A stretch of 64,000 nt of DNA. It comes from a bacterium. Its GTDB lineage: Bacteria > SM23-31. Below, in pieces: positions 30,290 through 39,338 of this stretch (position 1 is its first letter; every line of letters begins with the position of its first letter). Made by a program: the position numbers and the translations under genes. Under the pieces are notes generated by a model that did no database searches, had not been told where the DNA came from, and saw nothing but the letters and a program-made list of their open reading frames with translations. The stretch spans positions 1,248,001 to 1,312,000 of the forward strand of contig OZ252239.1 in the NCBI GenBank assembly GCA_965249485.1, written 5' to 3'.

Positions 30290-30718
30290 ATGAGCACCAG
30301 TGAAAAACCGCGCATTATAGCACTCGACTATGGTAAACGGAGAATAGGGGTCGCGGTATCTGATTTGTTACGGATAACAGCTCAACCGAGAGAGACGCTT
30401 CTTATAAAAAGCTCAAAAGATGCCGTTAATCAGATTAGAGAAATTCTATATAAGGAAAGCGCTGAATGTATCGTGCTTGGTCTGCCGAAAAATCTCTCAG
30501 GAGATATAGGAGATATGGGTAAAGAGGTCCAGGAATTTGGAGAAATGCTGACACAGGAGTTAGGAATTTCTATCCACTATTTAGATGAGCAGCTAACATC
30601 AGTTCAGGCTAAAAAAGTAATGCATTCTATGAATATGAAGCCGAGTAAAAATAAAGCTAAAGTCGACTCTTTGTCGGCTGTTTTTATTTTGCAAACCTAT
30701 TTGGAATTGAACGAATGA
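30290..30718 (+). CDS. ruvX: YqgF/RuvX-family nuclease (pre-16S rRNA processing / putative resolvase)
   Basis: IIALDYGKRRIGVAVSD, VLGLP, DEQLTS, VDSLSAVFILQTYL; ATG 30290 after AGGA preferred to TTG 30260. Confidence 0.93.
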   Translation: MSTSEKPRIIALDYGKRRIGVAVSDLLRITAQPRETLLIKSSKDAVNQIREILYKESAECIVLGLPKNLSGDIGDMGKEVQEFGEMLTQELGISIHYLDEQLTSVQAKKVMHSMNMKPSKNKAKVDSLSAVFILQTYLELNE

Positions 30719-30889
30719 TATATCCAGTCTCTCATATGAGAGTAGATGAGCAGTAATGAATAGGCCAAGGAATAAAATCGATAGTGAATATTCTGAACAA
30801 TGAGCTTATTGAATAGAAGTGACAATTAACCGGTCCGGTTAAGTAATTGTTCTTTGTGTTAAGATGAGTGAAATTGAATTAGTATTTCT

Positions 30890-32527
30890 ATGGTAATCAG
30901 AGCATGTGTTGAAGCAGTACGGAACTATCGTATTCCGTTATTTTTAGGTGCCGTATTGGGGCTTGCCTTTCCGCCGGTACCCCTGGGTTTTATCATGTAT
31001 ATCGGCCTTTTTCCTATTCTCAAATGGTCACAATCGGGTACAGCCGGACTGGCATTTAAGAGAGGTTATTGGTGGGGGCTTGGATATAATGCTGCCGGGT
31101 TGTTCTGGTTCATGAACAGCACTATTCTCGGCGGTTCACTCGCTCTCTTGTACCTGCCGCTTTTCAGTGCTGTTTCCCTGTTGCTTTTCAGATGGGTATA
31201 TAAAAAATACGGCATGCTGTTTTATGTGCTATTCCCTGTGCTTTGGACAGCAATCGAATATTTTAGAACGCTCGGTGTGCTTGGATTTTCCTGGATGTCT
31301 ATTGCTCACTCACAGACCTATTATCCGGTTCTGCTCCAATATGCGGATATTACGGGAGTTCACGGTGTGGTTTTCTGGATATGCGTTCTGAACGTACTTT
31401 TATTTCTCGCCTTTCATAGGGCCCGTTCAATCGATATCGGGTTCACTCGCACTGCAGTTGTTCACTTCATTAAAGATAGACAATTCATGTTATATATAGT
31501 AGCTCTAATGATTTGTTTCGTTGTTCCGGTAATGTACGGTGTAACTGTCATGAATTCCGGTTCGTGGTATGATGAAACCGTGAAAGTGTCGCTTATTCAG
31601 GGCAATATCGATATGGCTGAAAAAACCGATGTGCAATTACGCGATCCGATGTTTTCGCTCTATGATTCCCTCTCTATCAGTGCGGCGGCCGATAATCCCG
31701 ACCTGATCGTCTGGTCAGAAACAGCGGCACTGGCATTCCTCGACTTTTCAGGTCATCAAAAATATAATGACTGGATGCAGAACATTGTGTCACAATCCCG
31801 AGCTTCTATTTTGACGGGGAGCTATGGGTATGAACGAATAGAGAAAAATGGGGAAATATCCGTTAAAACGTTTAATGCTGCGGTTATGTATGACCGAGAA
31901 TCGCTGCAAAAAACATGGTATGGTAAAATTCGACTTGTGCCATTCGGGGAATGGTTTCCCTATGAAGATCGATTTCCAGTTTTTCAGAACCTCGATTTTG
32001 GGCAGGCGAACTTTACGCCGGGAGAATCGTATACACTTTTTGAGGTTGTCCCGGGCTACACTAAGGATGAACCGAATACAAAAGAATATGCAAACAACAG
32101 TAATAATCCAATCCTCTATTCAGTTGCAATCTGCTATGAGTCCATTTTTTCCGAGTTTATTCAGAAGTTTTCATCAACAGGAGCGCAATTTCTTGTAGTT
32201 ATAACAAACAATAACTGGTTTGGTAAAACATCGTCGCTTTACCAGCATGCACAGATCTCAGTGTTTCGAGCTATAGAAAACAGAATGGGCGTTGCTCATT
32301 GTTCCAATTCGGGAATATCGATTTTCGTTGATCCTTACGGAAAGATTACTGATTCAAGCAGTGTGTATGTGAAAGACACATTAACATCCGAAGTATACTA
32401 TCGGGATGCCGATACAATACCTCCACTCTATGTTCGATATGGCGAGTGGTTTTCCAATAGTTTTTTAATTGTGTCCGGGATTGTTATCGTCGGAGGGTTG
32501 TTTAAAAAAACCCGTGACTTTAAGTAG
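30890..32527 (+). CDS. lnt: Apolipoprotein N-acyltransferase
   Basis: Multiple TMs, LIQGNI, VWSETA, KIRLVPFGEW, AICYES, RAIEN, NSGIS. Confidence 0.95.
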   Translation: MVIRACVEAVRNYRIPLFLGAVLGLAFPPVPLGFIMYIGLFPILKWSQSGTAGLAFKRGYWWGLGYNAAGLFWFMNSTILGGSLALLYLPLFSAVSLLLFRWVYKKYGMLFYVLFPVLWTAIEYFRTLGVLGFSWMSIAHSQTYYPVLLQYADITGVHGVVFWICVLNVLLFLAFHRARSIDIGFTRTAVVHFIKDRQFMLYIVALMICFVVPVMYGVTVMNSGSWYDETVKVSLIQGNIDMAEKTDVQLRDPMFSLYDSLSISAAADNPDLIVWSETAALAFLDFSGHQKYNDWMQNIVSQSRASILTGSYGYERIEKNGEISVKTFNAAVMYDRESLQKTWYGKIRLVPFGEWFPYEDRFPVFQNLDFGQANFTPGESYTLFEVVPGYTKDEPNTKEYANNSNNPILYSVAICYESIFSEFIQKFSSTGAQFLVVITNNNWFGKTSSLYQHAQISVFRAIENRMGVAHCSNSGISIFVDPYGKITDSSSVYVKDTLTSEVYYRDADTIPPLYVRYGEWFSNSFLIVSGIVIVGGLFKKTRDFK

Positions 32528-32566
32528 AATTGCATAGATTCGAAAATTAAGGACAGTATAATCGTA

Positions 32567-33610
32567 ATGAATCGAACAGTATTGCAATTTTGTTTCATTT
32601 TCCTTATCAGTCTAACAGGGTTATCATCAGACGTATGGGCACAGGACGATTTTTATGCAAGCATCGGTAACAGCAGAAGTAAAGCAATTGCAATGGGCGG
32701 AGCGTTTACAGCAATCGAAGACGACATTGCTGCAATGTCATTTAACCCTGCAGCATTCAAAGTTCGCCGCGACCGTCTCGGAACAATATTTTCAATTCAT
32801 TTTAATCCGATACTCCCATTGGCCAGTTATGATCAATTTGAAAACTTCACGCTGTTGGGAGATGGGGGAGCAAAACGGGCCTTCGGCAGTCTGCTCTATC
32901 TTATAAAATCCGTTTCAATGAGCACCGGTTTCTTTAATATTGGTTTGCTTTTTAATGAGGAGCAATTTATAAGAAGACAAAGGGATATTTTTTTTGATAC
33001 TGACCAATTTGAGAACAGTGTATATCATAGTGCTGTTTTTAATGTCAACCCTTCAAGTAGAGCATCGCTTGGAATATCTGGTAGTTTAGTACAATCAACA
33101 CAAAACGGTGAAGAGATCAATGGAGAAAGTGTCAGCTACGGTGTACTGATTAAACCAAACAAATGGTATCAGGTTGGTGTAATGTATTACCTTATAGCCA
33201 ATGATGTTGAAACCTTCCGCAAGCAGTTTGACAGATTGGAAGATGAATCGATAAATGTCGGCGTCGCATTTTTCCCTTGGTCAAATATGACGGTAACGAT
33301 CGATGGCCGCAATGTTACGGAAAATAACAAAGCAAACCGGTTTGCTTCTCAGGAATTTCATTTCGGCTTTGAAAATAACCAGATACCGCATGTGTCAATG
33401 TGGGGAGGCTATTACAGAGAAAAAGACGAAACCGTTCAGGATTTCAATGTGTATTCAGCAGGTGTTGGGCTGCTTGATCTTAACCGGTTCAGAGTATCAA
33501 GAAATAAACTGAATAATGCAACACCCCTCTTGTCATACGCAATTGTCTTCGAAAATAGACCAGAAAAATATTATCGATGGCATTTGCTCACAGTAGGATT
33601 TAAATTTTAA
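32567..33610 (+). CDS. PorV/FadL-like outer-membrane beta-barrel
   Basis: Signal peptide, SKAIAMGGAFTAIEDDIAAMSFNPAA plug motif, C-terminal LTVGFKF beta-signal. Confidence 0.7.
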   Translation: MNRTVLQFCFIFLISLTGLSSDVWAQDDFYASIGNSRSKAIAMGGAFTAIEDDIAAMSFNPAAFKVRRDRLGTIFSIHFNPILPLASYDQFENFTLLGDGGAKRAFGSLLYLIKSVSMSTGFFNIGLLFNEEQFIRRQRDIFFDTDQFENSVYHSAVFNVNPSSRASLGISGSLVQSTQNGEEINGESVSYGVLIKPNKWYQVGVMYYLIANDVETFRKQFDRLEDESINVGVAFFPWSNMTVTIDGRNVTENNKANRFASQEFHFGFENNQIPHVSMWGGYYREKDETVQDFNVYSAGVGLLDLNRFRVSRNKLNNATPLLSYAIVFENRPEKYYRWHLLTVGFKF

Positions 33611-33698
33611 AAGTAGTACATTGGGTTATTATTTGAATTTTTGAAATACCGTATTGCCTTTGAATACTATCGGCAGATAGTGCATTACAAATGAAGGA

Positions 33699-34376
33699 AT
33701 GGTTGTGCGTACACGTTATCTTGTGCTGATCTTTGTTGCATTGAGTGTCTTCATGACCGGTTGTTCTTTAAGTATGCCATGGATCCAACAGGAAAATGAG
33801 GATTACTTTGTTGAGCCCAACATTATCCTAATACAGTCGGCCCTCATTGAGGTATTTGACGAAATGGAGTCATATCTGACTGCTGATATTCCTGTATCGT
33901 TAGTGACCTCGGCTGATGTAACTCCGGAGCAGCGTTATCTCGAGCAACGTTATCAGGAATACAGTAAAACCGGATTACGGCAGCTTTTTCTTCTGTCTGA
34001 TCAGAATAATGAAAATGACCTGAACTCTGTAAAACCTTCATATACAGTGGCACTCCAGGCCCGGAAATTAACTGTGACGTATAAAAAAAATGGAGAAGAT
34101 CAACCCGATAAGAAACTTTCAAGAATTATTGAAGTACAAATATTTTGCAATGTTGTTGAAAGAATGACCGGAGAGGTATTGCTCGCACAGACAATCTCTA
34201 AAACTATGACTGATATTGTCGCAAAAAACGATATCATTACTATTCAAGACTCAGCATTACCGTTTACCATAGGGCTTTCTCCAAAATCGGGACGAATGCA
34301 GGAATTTTTAGAAATTGGATCTGTAGTGTCGACCGCGGGATTGATTTTATTCTTGCTGTTTTCAACACGCAGTTAA
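33699..34376 (+). CDS. Hypothetical lipoprotein with C-terminal hydrophobic helix
   Basis: MTGC lipobox; ends VVSTAGLILFLLFSTRS. Confidence 0.65.
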   Translation: MVVRTRYLVLIFVALSVFMTGCSLSMPWIQQENEDYFVEPNIILIQSALIEVFDEMESYLTADIPVSLVTSADVTPEQRYLEQRYQEYSKTGLRQLFLLSDQNNENDLNSVKPSYTVALQARKLTVTYKKNGEDQPDKKLSRIIEVQIFCNVVERMTGEVLLAQTISKTMTDIVAKNDIITIQDSALPFTIGLSPKSGRMQEFLEIGSVVSTAGLILFLLFSTRS

Positions 34377-34410
34377 CTATTAGGTGTATTAATTGTATAA
34401 AAAAGCTTGA

Positions 34411-35232
34411 TTGAACATGATGATGAGAATGAGAACGATTACACTGTTATTATTGCCGGTATCGATGGTCTTATTTTGGGTATGTGCTGAGAATCTTTTT
34501 AATTTGAGTCAATCGAACACACCCCGTGAAATCTTTGAAATTGGAAAACGCTATTTTTATCAGGAAGAATACGGTTCTTCTCAGATTGTCTTTGAACAAT
34601 TAACACGTCTCAGTGTTGTAGCAGAGTATTCCGACAGTGCTCACTATTTGCTTGGAGAAGCCCACTTTTTCCAGAAACACTATCTTCTTGCCCAAAGTGA
34701 ATATGACCGTATGATTTCAAATTTTCCAAGGAGTGATCTGATTGCCGATGCAAAATACAAGAGCGCCCTCTGTTTTTATGAAGTCTCTCCCAATCGGAAA
34801 TATGATCAGGATTATACGCTCAAGGCAATTGCTGCTTTTGAAGCTTTTCTTGCTGACCCGAGATCGCAGATTGATGAAGAAATATTAATTCAGACGAAAG
34901 AACGGCTCTTCGAACTTCATGAAAAACTTGCAGAAAAAGATTTAAATTCGGCACAGCTCTATAGAAGAATGCGTGAATACAATTCTGCAATTTATTATCT
35001 TGATGACGCCATGACCGATTACAACACATATGGTCATGTCTCAATCATACCGGACGCCCTTTTTGAAAAAGCCGAATGTTATATTGGTTTAAAGGAGTTC
35101 AGCGATGCAAAAGAGGCTTTGCAAGCACTTGTCGACAATTTTGCCGATCACTCCCTTATTGCAAAAGCACGGGAACGGTTAACACTGATCGAATCTGAAT
35201 CCGCTGAAGCAGATACGACCATGTTCAATTAA
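34411..35232 (+). CDS. bamD: Outer-membrane protein assembly factor BamD
   Basis: YSDSAHYLLGEAHF, FPRSDLIADAKY, SPNRKYDQDYTLKAI, KLAEKD...AQLYRRMREYNSAIYY; start codon uncertain. Confidence 0.85.
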   Translation: MNMMMRMRTITLLLLPVSMVLFWVCAENLFNLSQSNTPREIFEIGKRYFYQEEYGSSQIVFEQLTRLSVVAEYSDSAHYLLGEAHFFQKHYLLAQSEYDRMISNFPRSDLIADAKYKSALCFYEVSPNRKYDQDYTLKAIAAFEAFLADPRSQIDEEILIQTKERLFELHEKLAEKDLNSAQLYRRMREYNSAIYYLDDAMTDYNTYGHVSIIPDALFEKAECYIGLKEFSDAKEALQALVDNFADHSLIAKARERLTLIESESAEADTTMFN

Positions 35233-35329
35233 TTTGGAATAGAATAGTAATAGTGCAGAATATACAGGGTCTTTATTCGACACCTATGTTACTTCAGTGG
35301 GTAAAGTATGAAAGAGCGAGGATAATAGA

Positions 35330-35926
35330 GTGAAAATTGGACTGTTCGGAGGAACTTTCAATCCTGTTCATTCCGGACATGTGCTCATTGCAGAATGGAT
35401 CCGGTGTGAACTCTTTCTTGACACAATTTATTTTATTCCGACGGCTGTTCCGCCTCACAGATCCGACGATTCATCCATTATTGCGATTGCACACCGGTTG
35501 GAAATGGTACGGCTCGCAATACACAATAATCCGTCATTCGAAGTTTCTGAAATCGAATCAAATCCTGACACTATGTCATATACGGCAGATACCGTTCAAG
35601 CGTTTCATGAAAAGTTCTCGCTTTCAAGAGAAAACATATTCTATATAATCGGCGGTGACAACTGTGACCAGGTTGCAACATGGAGAAATCCGGAAAAACT
35701 CGCGTCGTTATGCCGAATTGCTATTGCCCGGCGGCCTTCATTTCACGTTGAATCAATTCCTGAAAATCTGAACAATCCTGTTGTCGTTAATACACCGCTG
35801 ATCGAAATATCTGCAAGTGATATAAGACATAGGATCGCCAACAAAAAATCGGTGCGATATATGGTCCCGGCTGAAGTAGAAAAATATTTGCATACTCATA
35901 ATCTGTACAGGGAAGATAATGGCTGA
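35330..35926 (+). CDS. nadD: Nicotinate-nucleotide adenylyltransferase
   Basis: GLFGGTFNPVHSGH, PPHR, SYTADT, IIGGD, ISASDIR. Confidence 0.96.
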   Translation: MKIGLFGGTFNPVHSGHVLIAEWIRCELFLDTIYFIPTAVPPHRSDDSSIIAIAHRLEMVRLAIHNNPSFEVSEIESNPDTMSYTADTVQAFHEKFSLSRENIFYIIGGDNCDQVATWRNPEKLASLCRIAIARRPSFHVESIPENLNNPVVVNTPLIEISASDIRHRIANKKSVRYMVPAEVEKYLHTHNLYREDNG

Positions 35927-36416
35927 AAAGCTGTCTCATATTGACTCCCGCGGTAATGCACACATGGTAGATGTTGGACAAAAACCGGTCACCACCCGGA
36001 TTGCAGCCGCCCGGAGCAGAGTGAAACTGGGTACAAAAGCATTCGAAACCGTAGTGAGCGGTTCATTGCCCAAAGGCGATGTGCTGTCTGCTGTACGGAT
36101 TGCCGGGATTCAAGCTGCAAAAAAAACATCGGACCTCATTCCGTTATGCCATCCGCTTCCCATAGAACAGATCGAAATAGAGATCGAACCCGATAAAAAT
36201 TCCACGTCATTTATTATCACCGCAACAGTACGTTGTTCCGGCAAAACAGGTGTCGAAATGGAAGCACTGACTGCTGTGTCAGTGGCTGCCCTGACAATGT
36301 ATGATATGTGCAAATCAATTGATAAATCAATTGAAATCACCGATATTTATCTTCTCAGTAAATCAGGTGGAAAGAGCGGAACCTATACACGGTCCGATAC
36401 GGAAATTTCCTCTTAA
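35919..36416 (+). CDS. moaC: Cyclic pyranopterin monophosphate synthase
   Basis: LSHID..G.AHMVDV, KGDVL, LIPLCHPL, KTGVEMEAL, YDMCK, KSGGKSG. Confidence 0.97.
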   Translation: MAEKLSHIDSRGNAHMVDVGQKPVTTRIAAARSRVKLGTKAFETVVSGSLPKGDVLSAVRIAGIQAAKKTSDLIPLCHPLPIEQIEIEIEPDKNSTSFIITATVRCSGKTGVEMEALTAVSVAALTMYDMCKSIDKSIEITDIYLLSKSGGKSGTYTRSDTEISS

Positions 36417-36460
36417 TACTATTGCCGGATTAATTCACATCACACATACATGGAATATAC

Positions 36461-37675
36461 ATGATCTCAGTTAACGAAGCAGTCGTTCTTATCGACCAAC
36501 ACTGTTCAGTTTTATCCGCAACCGAAATGGATCTTGCGGATTCACTCGGTTATGTGCTGTCTGACGACATAGTTGCGCTCGACGACATTCCATCATTCGA
36601 CAATTCAGCCATGGACGGTTACGCGGTTCGGTCAGAAGACATTGCCGGAGCGGAGCAGAACAATCCCGTTCATCTCAAAGTAATGGGGGAAATTCCGGCG
36701 GGCAGGCCGTCAACAATTCAGCTTGAACATGGTACGACGTTTCGAATTATGACAGGGGGGCTCGTTCCGGAAGGAGCCGATGCGGTTGTCCGCATCGAAG
36801 ATACCGATCTTCCCGATGATAGTAGTGATTCCGTAAAGATACATGTATCTATCGCACCGGGTACCAATATCCGTCCTGCAGGTGAAGATATACGCCGGGG
36901 GGAAACAGTACTGCAACAGGGAAACCGGATCAATCCTGCCGGTATGGGAATTCTCGCCTCGCTGGGTGTTGTGAAGGTCCCGGTAATTCGAAAACCACGG
37001 GTTGCATTTCTCGTAACCGGAGATGAATTGATCGAGCCCGGTGAATCGTTAACTCCCGGAAAAATAAGAAACTCCAACACCTATTCTGTTAGCGGTCTTC
37101 TTGAACAGTATGGGGCAGACGTACACAATCTCGGGACCGGCGCCGATTCTCCTGAAGAATTGAGAGACGCGCTTCTCAAGGCGGATGATGCCGACATGCT
37201 CATCACTTGCGGAGCAGTATCGGTTGGAAAGTATGACTACCTGAAAGAGGTGTTGTCCGGTCTTGGTATGGAGCGCCATTTCTGGAGAGTTGCGCAAAAA
37301 CCGGGAAAACCTCTCCTCTTCGGCACACTGAACGGAATTCCGGTATTTGGTCTTCCGGGGAATCCCGCATCGGTAATGATATCATTTTATGTATATGTTG
37401 CACGTGCTCTCAAAAAAATGATGGGTTTCAGCTCGTTTGCACCAGAGACGGCAAAAGCAGTGCTCGATGCACCCTATGCCAAACGGGAAAGGCTGACCCA
37501 TTTTGTCAGAGGTTCCTGCACTATCAATAACGGTGCACTCCATGTCACACCACTCACCGGACAGGGATCGGGTATGCTCAAATCGATGAGCAACACAAAC
37601 TGCCTCATTATCCTTGATCAACAGACCACTTCTGTCGAAGCAGGAACAATCGTATCCATAATTATGTTGCAATAA
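36461..37675 (+). CDS. moeA: Molybdopterin molybdenumtransferase
   Basis: FDNSAMDGYAV, IMTGGLVPEGADAVV, TGDEL, QKPGKP, GLPGNPAS, GQGSG. Confidence 0.96.
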   Translation: MISVNEAVVLIDQHCSVLSATEMDLADSLGYVLSDDIVALDDIPSFDNSAMDGYAVRSEDIAGAEQNNPVHLKVMGEIPAGRPSTIQLEHGTTFRIMTGGLVPEGADAVVRIEDTDLPDDSSDSVKIHVSIAPGTNIRPAGEDIRRGETVLQQGNRINPAGMGILASLGVVKVPVIRKPRVAFLVTGDELIEPGESLTPGKIRNSNTYSVSGLLEQYGADVHNLGTGADSPEELRDALLKADDADMLITCGAVSVGKYDYLKEVLSGLGMERHFWRVAQKPGKPLLFGTLNGIPVFGLPGNPASVMISFYVYVARALKKMMGFSSFAPETAKAVLDAPYAKRERLTHFVRGSCTINNGALHVTPLTGQGSGMLKSMSNTNCLIILDQQTTSVEAGTIVSIIMLQ

Positions 37676-37770
37676 ATGCGAACATTTTATTACCTTGAGA
37701 CGTGTAACAGGTGCGTTCCTCTGCATAAGACTCCCTATCAATCTGGGTTTTTATTGGGAAATTTTTATAA

Positions 37771-37818
37771 TTTGTCATTGCGAGGAGTCCCGAAGCTTCG
37801 AGGCGACGTGGCAATCTC
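37771..37818 (+). repeat. REP-like palindromic element, copy 1
   Basis: tttgtcattgcgaggagtcccgaagcttcgaggcgacgtggcaatctc; 42/48 identical to 38618-38665. Confidence 0.8.
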
Positions 37819-37967
37819 AGATTTGTTAATTTAAAGATAGTTAATGTATTGTCCTGTCAATTCCAATATAATACAAAGTAATTGTGGGATAGTAGTTTTA
37901 TTGTCATCTCAAGCACTGTCGAGCAATCCCTGAGTGGCACGTTACATAAATATAGTATAAGACTATC

Positions 37968-38549
37968 ATGGTCGCAATAAGCTCTCTACAACAACCATCT
38001 TCGGCTCAGAACGTAACACAGTCGCGAAACAGCTTAGCGCAAAACGCCCTGAGCGGTACAGACAGGCTTCCCGGACAGCGGTTCGGCTCGGTTGATGAAG
38101 CCCGGCAGAATCTCCTCACTGACCGGTTGTCCCGGTCGCGGACACAGGAGTTCAGTCGCTCGCTCGTTCGGCAGCAATCGGATGCATCCAATACGCAAGC
38201 ACTTGTAGCTTCATCACCGTCAATCCGCAGGCCTTCTAATCAACTCAACACAAACCGGTTGTCATCGCGTAACACTCTGAACACACGTCAAACTGCGAAC
38301 CGGACACAGCCTCAGTTCCGGCCTCAACAGAACACCGGTGTCAGACGGATCGGGCAGCAATCAAATTCAGCCCGGACAAACAGGCTTGGGCAGTCCCGTG
38401 TCGGGCAGAACACACGGGTAGGCGGTGGACAGCAGATACAAAATAGAGCCGCAGCCCGCCCCACACAGCAGCAGGGACTTCTGAACCGGATCGAATCAGC
38501 CGCATCCCAACAGACATCCCCCGGCAGCCGGATAAATATTCTCGCATAA
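37968..38549 (+). CDS. Orphan low-complexity R/Q/S/N-rich, probably disordered protein
   Basis: 193-aa ORF, visibly more GC-rich than its flanks; no K, C, W, Y or H; ends GSRINILA. Confidence 0.7.
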   Translation: MVAISSLQQPSSAQNVTQSRNSLAQNALSGTDRLPGQRFGSVDEARQNLLTDRLSRSRTQEFSRSLVRQQSDASNTQALVASSPSIRRPSNQLNTNRLSSRNTLNTRQTANRTQPQFRPQQNTGVRRIGQQSNSARTNRLGQSRVGQNTRVGGGQQIQNRAAARPTQQQGLLNRIESAASQQTSPGSRINILA

Positions 38550-38617
38550 TCAAATTAAATTAATCTAATAGTATATATAGGTAGTGCAGCTTTTATCATT
38601 TCAGAGTCATTGATTCT

Positions 38618-38665
38618 TTTGTCATTGTGAAGAGTCCCGAAGCCTCGGGACAACGTGGCAATCTC
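38618..38665 (+). repeat. REP-like palindromic element, copy 2
   Basis: tttgtcattgtgaagagtcccgaagcctcgggacaacgtggcaatctc; internal perfect stem gtcccga/tcgggac. Confidence 0.8.
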
Positions 38666-38761
38666 CGAATACCACAAACGAAACATTGAGACAATGATGC
38701 ACTGGCACACAGTAACGCGCACTCAAATTAATTATAATTATTACATGAATCAACCTCATTG

Positions 38762-38777
38762 TGTGACTCACGTCACA
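38762..38777. promoter_or_regulatory. CRP/FNR-family box upstream of the giant surface-protein gene
   Basis: TGTGA-ctcacg-TCACA. Confidence 0.65.
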
Positions 38778-38834
38778 TTCAAGCCTGTTATGCGGGAAAA
38801 AACGACAAAATCACTTGAAAATAAAAAATATTGC

Positions 38835-38951
38835 TTGACATAAAATAAATTTGTTATAAATTAGCTCAAACCTGAACACAAAATTGTTACAATGTTCGGG
38901 GTAATTGTAAAGAAAAAAATAGTTGACAATGTATTTCAAAGTCACTATCTT
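38835..38951 (+). promoter_or_regulatory. Two tandem near-consensus sigma70 promoters
   Basis: TTGACA(38835)-16-TAAATT with overlapping TGnTATAAA; TTGACA(38923)-17-TATCTT(38946). Confidence 0.6.
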
Positions 38952-39338
38952 AACAAAGATTTTAAATTTCGTCAATAGTCCACTTATATGTAATTCAACA
39001 AACCGGCCCTATATGTATACCACACGTACTGTTAATCCACGTTTAACATACAGAGGTAAAGACGGTTGGTAGTACACTCTCTTTTTGGCAGTATTGAAGC
39101 AACTCAAAAATCAGTAACTAAAGTCGCACTGGTTACTTATAAATATCGAACGAACTGATATAATACCGGATAGCATTCGTGAACATCAAAGCGGCTCAAT
39201 TTCCAGGATAATTAACATAAACTCTTGCTCGCGATCCCGTTAAGGGGAAAGGGTGTCGTAGCACGAGTGTATTGTATATAATAATGAAAATAAAGAATAA
39301 ACGTTTTTCACGTATCCTAATATATGGAGGAAGTAAAT

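Noticed and set aside
37935..37951. Sigma54 promoter (TGGCAC) before the orphan ORF
   Set aside because: The -12 TTGC element is absent (ATAA at that position)
37771..38665. CRISPR array or IS ends
   Set aside because: Only two direct copies ~850 bp apart; no spacers, cas genes, transposase or terminal inverted repeats
39000..39320. Known riboswitch (c-di-GMP, TPP, SAM, cobalamin, Moco) in the long leader
   Set aside because: I could not match the conserved cores by eye; an Infernal scan is needed
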